Positions 18,713-26,624 of a DNA stretch of 64,000 nt are shown here, piece by piece. Under the pieces are notes generated by a model. That model saw only the letters and a program-made list of their open reading frames with translations, made no database searches and had not been told where the DNA came from. The DNA lies in contig JBGPQV010000001.1 in the NCBI GenBank assembly GCA_041489255.1, forward strand, positions 128,001 through 192,000. Reading direction: 5' to 3'. The DNA comes from Thermoplasmata archaeon. GTDB lineage: Archaea; Thermoplasmatota; Thermoplasmata; RBG-16-68-12; JAFNFQ01. Positions within the stretch are counted from its first letter, which is position 1; the number at the start of each line of letters is the position of its first letter. The position numbers were made by a program, and so were the translations under genes.

Positions 18713-19788
18713 ACGAACCCCCATGCGTGCTCGCAGTTGCCGACGACCTCGCCAAGGTCGGAAAGTGACCATTTGCGCGGACCCTCCTCGTACTCGAACC
18801 GCGTGACGTTCACGGGGTATTCGTTGTAATACAGTATCGTCGTGATCGGTCCGAGGAACGGCTGAACTATCTTCCAGTAGGCCCTCGCGTAGGCCGCCAT
18901 TTCCATCTTGAGCTTCTGGCCCCCTTTCTCGCCCTGAAGGAGGAAGATCGGCAGGTCGTCCTCGTAGCGCTTGCTCATCTTGATTCCCTTGAGCTTGTGG
19001 AGCTTGCCGTCGCCGCCGTCGATGAACTGGAACCCCTTCGAAAGCATCCTCTCGCCCCAGTCGAACCCGCTGGCGTGACTCTCGGTCCTCCTGAGCATTG
19101 GCGGGCCGATGTGCGGCATGAAGTAGTCGATGTAGGAGTCGTTTTCAGATTGGAAGACTCCCCAGTACCATGGAGACGTCGGTGAGTTGATTCGGACCTT
19201 TTGGAAGTAAGCGGTCCCGTCAACTTCCTCCTTCGTCCCCGCCACCGACACGGTCCCCGTGACCCTGTTGCCGCGGATCTTGTGCATCTTGTACCCGAGG
19301 TGCCCGAGGTAATCCTTCCCAGTCGGGATGATCGAGTCCAGATGATTGGTCAACTTGTCCAGCGTGAGGTCAACGCGCGCGTCAGGGCGATCCACGAGGA
19401 TGCGGTACGGCCTCGCCGTCGCATCGAGCGCGTAGGTGGAATCTGATTTGACCGAGAGAGTCCCGCCATCGTCCGTCCATCTCGTCTCCAAGTTACCGCC
19501 ATCGACGAACAGGGGGTCGTGCATTACCTCGCCGTCGTAGTACCATCCCGCCGCCATGCCCCTGGTATCAATGCTGTTACCTTTCCTCAGGAAGGCGCCG
19601 TCGTTCTTCCATGGGATGTCGTTGATCACGAGCTTCTTGCAGTTGCGGGTGCCCCAGAGAATGACCATCTGTTTGGTCCTATCCGGTCTGGCGGGATTCT
19701 TGAAGAAGAAAATGAACCACCACCACCACCAGGTCCTGCTCTTGAGCTCGTGAGAGCGGTCGATGTCGAGGACTTCCTGCCAGCTCAT
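18709..19788 (-). CDS. Hypothetical all-beta protein, possibly AttH/tocopherol-cyclase-like
   Basis: 359-aa ORF with TWWWWWF, G.AYFQK...PWYWG, YNEYP and GNCEHAWG motifs. Fold assignment is tentative. Confidence 0.6.
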   Translation of the reverse strand: MSWQEVLDIDRSHELKSRTWWWWWFIFFFKNPARPDRTKQMVILWGTRNCKKLVINDIPWKNDGAFLRKGNSIDTRGMAAGWYYDGEVMHDPLFVDGGNLETRWTDDGGTLSVKSDSTYALDATARPYRILVDRPDARVDLTLDKLTNHLDSIIPTGKDYLGHLGYKMHKIRGNRVTGTVSVAGTKEEVDGTAYFQKVRINSPTSPWYWGVFQSENDSYIDYFMPHIGPPMLRRTESHASGFDWGERMLSKGFQFIDGGDGKLHKLKGIKMSKRYEDDLPIFLLQGEKGGQKLKMEMAAYARAYWKIVQPFLGPITTILYYNEYPVNVTRFEYEEGPRKWSLSDLGEVVGNCEHAWGFV

Positions 19789-19890
19789 CGTCTCATTCCG
19801 AACCTGAAGCGGGTAATAACACTTTATGGCGGCGGTCTTCGCGAATTTCCTCGCATAATCTAAATACGCATCGTCCCTTGAGGTGCCTGA

Positions 19891-20373
19891 TTGAAAGTCG
19901 ACGAAGTGATGACAAAGAGCCCGTTCACGCTCAGACCCGACCAGACGCTGAGGGAGGCCGCGATCAAGCTGGCAGACTTGAACGTGTCAGGCGCCCCCGT
20001 GGTCAGCGAGACCGGGGGGATTCTGGGGGTGCTCAGCGAGGTCGACATCCTGGAGGCGCTGAAGACCCATTACAAGGCGCTGAAGATGCTCATGCCGCCG
20101 GAGATCACCTTCGGCATCAGCTTCGTCGAGGTCGTGAAGGAGAGAGACGCGATCAGGGCTTTCCAGGAGCTGAAGGACGTCAAGGTCAAGGACGTCATGA
20201 AGAAACCGATCACCGTCAACCCTGGAGACAAGGTCGAGAACGCGATCAAACTGATGGTGGAGCACAAGATCAGCCGCGTGCCAGTGGTCGACCACGAGAA
20301 GGTCGTCGGGATAGTCACCCGCGGCGATGTCCTCAAGGGGTTCTTCCGGCAGGTCGGGCAGCTCGTCCTCTAG
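19891..20373 (+). CDS. CBS-domain pair protein
   Basis: V.EVMT..P...SGAPVV...GVLSE.D and VKDVMKKP...SRVPVVD...GIVTRGD motifs. Confidence 0.92.
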   Translation: MKVDEVMTKSPFTLRPDQTLREAAIKLADLNVSGAPVVSETGGILGVLSEVDILEALKTHYKALKMLMPPEITFGISFVEVVKERDAIRAFQELKDVKVKDVMKKPITVNPGDKVENAIKLMVEHKISRVPVVDHEKVVGIVTRGDVLKGFFRQVGQLVL

Positions 20374-21959
20374 TCCTTCCAGAGGTTCTTGAACTTGGAC
20401 CACACGCCAGTCGGCGCCCTCCACCTGTAGGTGTAGCCGCAGTCCGAGCACCTGCTCCATCCGTCGTCGGTGAACTGAAGGCGGTTCGAACCGCACGACG
20501 CGCATACGCCCTCCATCGGTTTCGCTATGCCCCTCTTTGCCCTTTCTTCGACCAGTTTGGGCTCGAGCCTCCTTGAGGCCTCGGCGGCGTTCTTGGCGAA
20601 AATTGTGCCGTTCACGTAGTCGCCTTCGGTAAGGATGTCCTTGGCCTGCTGTAGGAGCGTCCGCGCTTCCCCGACGTCAATCCCGAAGCTCTCCGCCTCG
20701 TCGATTACTGGCTCAATCTGCGTCACGATCGCCTGAGCCTTCTCGACCTGCCGCCTGCGGAGTTCCATCGCCCGGAGTATCTGGTTTTGCTGGCTCTCCA
20801 TGGCAGCCCTCTCGGCCCTCTTTACCAGCTCGCTCGCGAGCAGGTATTCCTTCGACGCGAAGGCCGTCTTCGCCTTTGAGACGAGGCGCTCCGCCTCGGA
20901 GATATCCGCGCCGACATGCTTCGCCTCTTCTATTATCAATACCGTGCCTGGAATTGCCTCTTCTATGTTCCTCAGCCGCTCTTGCTTCGCGGTCTCGGCC
21001 ATCTCGATCGCCCTGGCCGAGTGCTCGAGGCTCCTCTTGTACTCGCTCCGCTTGAGTGCGTCCCTGGCCTCGCTCAGCATCTCCTCCGCCTTGCGCACGT
21101 CAGCACCCAGGTTTGAGATGTCCCGCATGACCTCCTGTGTCCTATGTATCTCGTCCCTGGCCCTCTGTACCTCCGCTGAGAACAAGCTCCTGCTAACCGC
21201 CTCGAGTTCCTTCAGCTGCCCGTTCATCCCGCCAGTATCCCCCTCTCGGAAGAGCCTCTTCGCCGTGCGCAGGATATCCGCGGCCTTCTCCACATCCCGC
21301 CCCGCCTTGCCGCATTCCTCCACGAGGCGCTGCGCGGAAAGAATCGCGTAGGCTAGCGTCGAGTTCTCCATCTCCTTCCTGCACTTCTCTGCAGACTCCC
21401 TCGCCTCCACCGCCGCACTCAGCGCGCCCTCGAAGTTCTTCTCTTCGAAACGCATCCTCGCCTGGTCGAGCAGATCCTCGCAGTGATCGAAGTCGACTTC
21501 CAAACTGAGGGCTTGCTTCAACGCCGGGTCGACGGTAGAGTCCTCCAGAGGAGGCAGCCTGACAGCCTCGGCTGTCTTGACAATCTCACCCTTGACCTCC
21601 TCAAGCTCGTCCTTGATCGTGTCCAACGATTTCTCGGATTTCAGCGACTCGGCGATCGCAGCTGCGGACGGATGAGAGATCAAGGTGCTGATGAGTTCCT
21701 TCCTATGTTCATCTTTCGAGACGGAGACGCCATGTCTTGCCGCGATGTCCTTCAGTTCCTTCAGGCTCTTGCTGTCCAGCAAGTGTGGCAGGCTACCCTC
21801 CCATGCTTTGACGACGTCGCCTATGTTCTCGAGGGAGGTGAGCTTGGTGACGAACTCGTCACGCTTTTTCATGCCTTCGGTCTGGATCCCGGCCTGGGCC
21901 GCGATCTCTTTCAGCTCGCGCAGGCTCATCTCTTTCAAACGGAGGTCGACGCGGGGCAT
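20370..21959 (-). CDS. Helical repeat/coiled-coil protein with two N-terminal Rho-N/HeH-like motifs and C-terminal zinc ribbon
   Basis: L..MSLRELKEIA...GI and L..KSLKELKDIA...GV motifs, repeated G.DV..AE.LL..A..A....Y units, CASC...CSDC. Confidence 0.75.
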   Translation of the reverse strand: MPRVDLRLKEMSLRELKEIAAQAGIQTEGMKKRDEFVTKLTSLENIGDVVKAWEGSLPHLLDSKSLKELKDIAARHGVSVSKDEHRKELISTLISHPSAAAIAESLKSEKSLDTIKDELEEVKGEIVKTAEAVRLPPLEDSTVDPALKQALSLEVDFDHCEDLLDQARMRFEEKNFEGALSAAVEARESAEKCRKEMENSTLAYAILSAQRLVEECGKAGRDVEKAADILRTAKRLFREGDTGGMNGQLKELEAVSRSLFSAEVQRARDEIHRTQEVMRDISNLGADVRKAEEMLSEARDALKRSEYKRSLEHSARAIEMAETAKQERLRNIEEAIPGTVLIIEEAKHVGADISEAERLVSKAKTAFASKEYLLASELVKRAERAAMESQQNQILRAMELRRRQVEKAQAIVTQIEPVIDEAESFGIDVGEARTLLQQAKDILTEGDYVNGTIFAKNAAEASRRLEPKLVEERAKRGIAKPMEGVCASCGSNRLQFTDDGWSRCSDCGYTYRWRAPTGVWSKFKNLWKD

Positions 21960-22071
21960 GATTGCACTCCCAATAGACGCCGGGCATTCTCATCCGGTGC
22001 AATAGGATAAAAGTTTCGGGAAGGTTCGCACGGAAGGATATTTGGCGGGCAATCTCTGAATCAATTGCAAC

Positions 22072-22419
22072 CTAGAGAGTCCTCTCCATGAACCCTCCGA
22101 TCTCCTTCTGGATGACCGATACGAGGTCCTTCGAAAACTCCTCTCTCATCTTTGGCGGCACCAATTCGAGCCCGAGCTTGACCCCCGCTTTCGCCAGCTT
22201 CACGAGCGCGTAGCCCTCCTTAATCTTGGCCTCCATGAGCTCCTCGACGGCGGCCTTCATCTCGTTCTTCAGCTCTGGGTTCTCGTCAATCTTCTTCCTG
22301 ATATATTTCTTGACTTCGTCCCTGACCATGTCCTTGAGGGCCTCCGCGACGAGGTTCTCCGCGCGGAGCATGTTGGTCGATTCGGCAAGCATATCCTCTA
22401 TGGGCGTGCGCTCGGACAT
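22072..22419 (-). CDS. Hypothetical helical protein
   Basis: 115-aa ORF with host-like codon usage filling the intergenic gap. Confidence 0.7.
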   Translation of the reverse strand: MSERTPIEDMLAESTNMLRAENLVAEALKDMVRDEVKKYIRKKIDENPELKNEMKAAVEELMEAKIKEGYALVKLAKAGVKLGLELVPPKMREEFSKDLVSVIQKEIGGFMERTL

Positions 22420-22483
22420 GCTGACGCTATCCGAGATGGCGGTAATAAGTGTTTGCGGTCTCGATGGCGGTCAGCGATCGCCC

Positions 22484-23047
22484 TCAGATTTTCCCAACGA
22501 GGTCCCAGCGAGGTTTCAGCGTCTTCTTGCCCGGCTCCCAGCTCGCGGGGCAGGCTTCTCTCTTGGTCTCCCTGACGTACTTCGCCGCCCGCAACTTTCT
22601 GAGCAGCTCCTTGACGCTCCTACCTATGTTGTTGTCGTGGATCTCAAATGCCTTGACGATCCCGTCTGGATCGATGACGAAGGTGCCCCTGTAGGCCACG
22701 CCTTCATCGCTTTTATAGACGCTAAATTCCCTAGCGAGGCTGCCCGTCGGGTCGGCGATCATGGGGAACCTGACCTTGTTCACGGTCTTCGAGGTGTCAT
22801 GCCATGCTTTGTGCGAGTGGACTGAGTCGGTGCTGGCGCTCAACACCTCGACGCCGAGTCTCTTGAACTGGTCATAGTTGTCGGCGAGTTCGCCGAGCTC
22901 CGTCGGGCAGACGAACGTGAAATCCCCGGGGTAGAACATGAGCACGACCCACTTCCCTTTGTAATCTGACAGATTGATTTTCTTGATTCCACCCTGGTGG
23001 TAAGCCCGCACCTCCAGGTCAGGGACCTTCTCGTTTATTGACACCAT
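22484..23047 (-). CDS. ahpC: 2-Cys peroxiredoxin (AhpC/Prx1)
   Basis: FYPGDFTFVCPTE and CPASW motifs. Start set at ATG 23047. Confidence 0.93.
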   Translation of the reverse strand: MVSINEKVPDLEVRAYHQGGIKKINLSDYKGKWVVLMFYPGDFTFVCPTELGELADNYDQFKRLGVEVLSASTDSVHSHKAWHDTSKTVNKVRFPMIADPTGSLAREFSVYKSDEGVAYRGTFVIDPDGIVKAFEIHDNNIGRSVKELLRKLRAAKYVRETKREACPASWEPGKKTLKPRWDLVGKI

Positions 23048-23194
23048 TTCGATTACGCCTTCCCGGTTCAATAGGCGGTAGCGGTTAATGAGTTTTTAGG
23101 ATTCCCGAGATGGTTGGCGTGGGTACCGCCACGGGAATAGGATTGATACTAAGCCACCGCAACCCTTTAACGATTGAGCACCATGGTGCCCGCC

Positions 23195-23269
23195 GGACCC
23201 GTGGCCTAGACAGGATATGGCACCGGCTTTCTAAGCCGGCGATCCCGGGTTCGAATCCCGGCGGGTCCG
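23195..23269 (+). tRNA. tRNA-Arg(TCT), copy 1 (TATA-like TTTAAC at 23166)
   Basis: Acceptor GGACCCG/CGGGTCC, anticodon arm CCGGC-TTTCTAA-GCCGG, GTTCGAATC T-arm. Confidence 0.96.
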
Positions 23270-23313
23270 TCTCAGACCGTATCGACCGCCCTGTTGGCTC
23301 TCGGATAATCAGA

Positions 23314-23703
23314 CTATTGAGAACGATTATGCTTCGTTGGTCTCGGCGGAGTCTTGCCGCGCAGGGTGCAGATGCTGAACTCGGCGTCCAAGGCAACTCT
23401 CCCACTCAGCTTCTTGACCTCTTCGAGGGCGGCGAGGGCACGTTGTTCGTCGAACGGATATACATCATTGGCTGCCCACACCCTCACATATGGATTGTCG
23501 TGGTCTAGGAGCGAGTTCAAGGCTTGCTTGCCCTCATCTCCAGCTCTCTTCAGTCCGCGTGCCGCCGCAATGACGCGCCTAGCGTATCGATTCACCGTCA
23601 GTGGATGTGAGTGAGCGTCACACGCGGCTCCGTACTTGATTGCGGCATCGACATAACGAGCCTTCAGTCGGGCGACGGCCCGAGATTCGTCTTGAATGCT
23701 CAT
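23314..23703 (-). CDS. DUF2019-like helical protein (putative toxin-immunity type), paralog 1
   Basis: YVDAA..YG......N......L...G..GKQAL..LLDHDNPYVRVWAA pattern. Homologous to 24030-24410. Confidence 0.65.
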   Translation of the reverse strand: MSIQDESRAVARLKARYVDAAIKYGAACDAHSHPLTVNRYARRVIAAARGLKRAGDEGKQALNSLLDHDNPYVRVWAANDVYPFDEQRALAALEEVKKLSGRVALDAEFSICTLRGKTPPRPTKHNRSQ

Positions 23704-23789
23704 GGCCGCCACTCGCCCCCTGAGATCATCTCGAGTACCTGCCAACCTCAACCCGAGTACCCATCATAAGATTTCCCGATGGTTTACGC

Positions 23790-23854
23790 CCTAGACAGGA
23801 TATGGCACCGGCTTTCTAAGCCGGCGATCCCGGGTTCGAATCCCGGCGGGTCCG
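23790..23854 (+). repeat. 5'-truncated identical copy of tRNA-Arg(TCT) (att-like direct repeat)
   Basis: Exact match to 23205-23269, lacking the first 10 nt. Identity with copy 1 extends 6 nt further (TCTCAG). Confidence 0.93.
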
Positions 23855-24029
23855 TCTCAGTCCATATAAACCGGCGTCATTCGAGCGGGATTGAGCGAAC
23901 ACGACTGATGCGCTTCCAGCCTCTGACCCTGAAAAATCCCCTTCCCCACTTCCAAGGGAGCAGCCCTCGATACTTCGCCTTCAGGCGAGAAGGATTCGAC
24001 GTGGACTGGGGTCTCTTTGATCCCCACTC

Positions 24030-24410
24030 TCAGGGGTGGAGCCGCCCCGCCCGCCACTCCCGCAAGACCATCTTTGCATTGAAGCCAACAATGCTTTTCT
24101 CCCTCGTCAAGGCCTCAATCATTTTCGTTGCTTCCGCTTCGTGATACTTCAGGTATATGCTCGCTGCGACCAAACGTACCCAAGGATTCGAATGCTCTAG
24201 TAGCGCATGAATCGCGTGCCGTCCGGCTTCTCCTTTCTTCTCCAAGCGCTTCCTGAGACTATCATAACGCTTGTACTGCTTGTTCGTCGTCTTGTAGTCG
24301 GCCGCATCGGCCGCAGCTCCATGCTTGGTGACTGCGTCCACGAACTCTTCGACCAAACTCGAGATGGATTCCGGATTGCGCAGAATGCGACTCTTCACCC
24401 GCGGCGGCAT
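24030..24410 (-). CDS. DUF2019-like helical protein, paralog 2
   Basis: FVDAV.KHGAA.....YKTTNKQY......L...G..GRHAI.ALLEHSNPWVRLVAA...FNAKM.LREWRAGRL pattern. Confidence 0.7.
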   Translation of the reverse strand: MPPRVKSRILRNPESISSLVEEFVDAVTKHGAAADAADYKTTNKQYKRYDSLRKRLEKKGEAGRHAIHALLEHSNPWVRLVAASIYLKYHEAEATKMIEALTREKSIVGFNAKMVLREWRAGRLHP

Positions 24411-24505
24411 TGGCGTTGGCGGGATATTAAGGTTGTATGGAACCGGGGGGAAAAGAAACTCCCGCCACCGCCACGGTTCGACGAGTGAATACCATAACGC
24501 CCCCC

Positions 24506-24580
24506 GGACCCGTGGCCTAGACAGGATATGGCACCGGCTTTCTAAGCCGGCGATCCCGGGTTCGAATCCCGGCGGGTCCG
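24506..24580 (+). tRNA. tRNA-Arg(TCT), second complete identical copy with degraded upstream TATA
   Basis: 75/75 identical to 23195-23269. Confidence 0.92.
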
Positions 24581-24739
24581 TCTATTCCCGAAGAAGGATA
24601 AAACTAATCAACCGTTTAGGCCAAAGTGGTCGTTCGACCTCTTTTCCTTTGGTTCCTGTCCCCCCAAGCTCCTGCCTGGAAACGGGCGGGGACACCTTTC
24701 CTCTTTTATACATTGGATTTATTGCCGCAATCGATTCAT

Positions 24740-24997
24740 ATGCCGAAGAAAGACTATCAGGGATATTTGTCTGTGATTGGGGAGGTGCTCAAACAGGATG
24801 CACTGGTGTTGAAGGCTGAAGTTGCGGGGAAGAAATCTTACGATGAGGGAACACTCACCGGCTATGCTCTCGCTCTCGACACCATGTTAGATTATCTTGA
24901 AATGTTCAACCTGAAACCTAAGGATTTAGGTTGGAAAGACTTCATTCCGGAGCGTGATTTATTGAGTGGCCGCAAGCCCATGAAAAGAAAGAAATGA
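24740..24997 (+). CDS. Small AT-rich hypothetical protein (85 aa), immunity-like
   Basis: MPKKDYQGYL..IG..LK..AL...YDEG.L.GY......M......F......LG.....PERDLL. TATA-like TTTTATAC ~30 nt upstream. Visibly more AT-rich than core genes. Confidence 0.7.
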   Translation: MPKKDYQGYLSVIGEVLKQDALVLKAEVAGKKSYDEGTLTGYALALDTMLDYLEMFNLKPKDLGWKDFIPERDLLSGRKPMKRKK

Positions 24998-25539
24998 GAA
25001 GTTAAGTCACGTTTCATGTTTCAGGGCAAGGGAACGATACGGAATCCGAATTGCAAGTAGGGAGTAGGGACTCGCTCTCCCGCACTCGGATCGAGGGCGG
25101 GGACACCATTGCGTCTCACCTCCCTTGACCGCGCCTGGCTTCCCCGAACCCAAGCTGTGATCGCAAGCGCTCGGACGATTATGTTCACGCAGCCCTGTCA
25201 CGTCCTCTACGTCGCCGGCATGCCATCGGCGACGCGCTCACTCGATGATTCGGGCCTCCACGGGGAACGATCCTTTTCCGCGTCTTTCCAACACGGGAAA
25301 TGCCTCGCTTTTTCGGAAGGTCCACCTCGTTCTCTCCTCGTTCACACCTCGCTCTCACCTGATATAGAGGCTTTACACTCGCCTTTCGAGGCTTTCTGAT
25401 CCTCGGCATACACGCGGGCATGGCGGCGATCAGCCCTCAAAAACCGCCAAGAACGCTGATTCTCCGCGAATCAATTAAGAGGAGGATGCGCGCATGACTT
25501 TGCGCCGTTTCACCTCGGCGGGAATCGGGGGAGAGGATC

Positions 25540-26127
25540 ATGGCGAAGATAACGAACATATTCGGTACCAAGTTCCGCGGTCGGATAGGCAAGGACATGG
25601 TCGCGACGTCGTGGAAGGGGCACGAGTACCTGCGCACGTACGTCGTCCCGCACGACCCGAAGACGGAGGACCAGCTGGCGCAGAGGGGCCTGCTCGGGAA
25701 GGCGGTGGAGGCATGGCGGGAGCTGTCGAAACCGCAGACCAGGTTCTTCAACGCCCTGGCGCACGGGATGTCCGGGTACAACCTCTTCATCCGCAGGCAC
25801 ATCAGGGCGGCTGTCGACGGGCGGGAGCTGGAGCTCCCCGCCGTGATGAGGTGGCGGACGGAGGGCGGGCAGCGCATGAAGGACGCGAGGCTGGTGGTCG
25901 CGCACGACGGACGTCACGTCTTCAACGACGACCTCGGGGACGGCGTGATCGAGATCGCGCTCACGAGGTCGGACGCGCCGTACAGCTTCGAGCTCAGGAA
26001 GGGACACCAGGAGGAGGTCGTGAAAGTATTCGAGAACGAACTGCAGGTTGACTTGCTGGCGGTCCTGGAGAGCGAGGCATTGGGCATCAAGCTCGTCCCG
26101 GACACGCCGGATCCGAAAGCACCATGA
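25540..26127 (+). CDS. DUF6266-like hypothetical protein
   Basis: FRGRIG...V..SWKG..Y.R....P.DPKT..QL.QR...W..L...Q...N..A..MSGYNLF pattern, GGGGGAGAGG SD. Confidence 0.6.
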   Translation: MAKITNIFGTKFRGRIGKDMVATSWKGHEYLRTYVVPHDPKTEDQLAQRGLLGKAVEAWRELSKPQTRFFNALAHGMSGYNLFIRRHIRAAVDGRELELPAVMRWRTEGGQRMKDARLVVAHDGRHVFNDDLGDGVIEIALTRSDAPYSFELRKGHQEEVVKVFENELQVDLLAVLESEALGIKLVPDTPDPKAP

Positions 26128-26238
26128 CGTGCAAGAGCTGGCGGGTCACACCGTCTGAGGTCGCTTCCCCCGCGCACTCTGAGAATGGATATCAGGAATC
26201 CCGCAACGAGGATGATCATTTCCATCGGCAATATCCGG

Positions 26239-26619
26239 GGTTCTGTTGAGCCAGGGCGAGCCTGACCGCTCCGTTGAATCTTCTCCAAGGAGTTCCTCAC
26301 CCGGGTCACCGCCACGTAGACTATCGCCTTCGTGACCGGATCTATGGCCACCCAGACGTAGCAGTCCCGCCTGCCCTCCATGAGGGGCGCCTCGTCCACG
26401 ACTACGATATCGGGCAGCCCCCCTTGGTGGAACATGCCCGCCATGGCCGTCCCGAACTTCTGTATCCAGCCCCAGACAGCCAGGTGGCTTCTCCTGCGCA
26501 CAACACCTTTTTCTTTCAGGAGACCTATCAGACCTTCGGTCCCACTCGCTTCTGGCATGTTTGATTACAAAACTGCATCAGGAGTGAAGGGACTTCCTTT
26601 TCGCTAACTTGACAGAACC
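26239..26619 (-). mobile_element. Internally deleted IS6-family element (381 bp) retaining both terminal inverted repeats
   Basis: Ends GGTTCTGTTGAGCCAG and reverse complement GGTTCTGTCAAGTTAG (12/16 match). Internal fragment RSHLAVWGWIQKF...VVDE......YVWVAIDP..K resembles an IS6 DDE transposase N-half. Confidence 0.8.
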
Positions 26620-26624
26620 GGAGG

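Noticed and set aside
23195-24580. CRISPR-like or prophage interpretation of the three direct repeats
   Set aside because: The repeats are tRNA sequence separated by whole genes. No integrase, capsid or replication genes lie between them.
23085-24819. ORFs sharing the peptide LDRIWHRLSKPAIPGSNPGGSV
   Set aside because: They are translations of the repeated tRNA-Arg sequence, not proteins.
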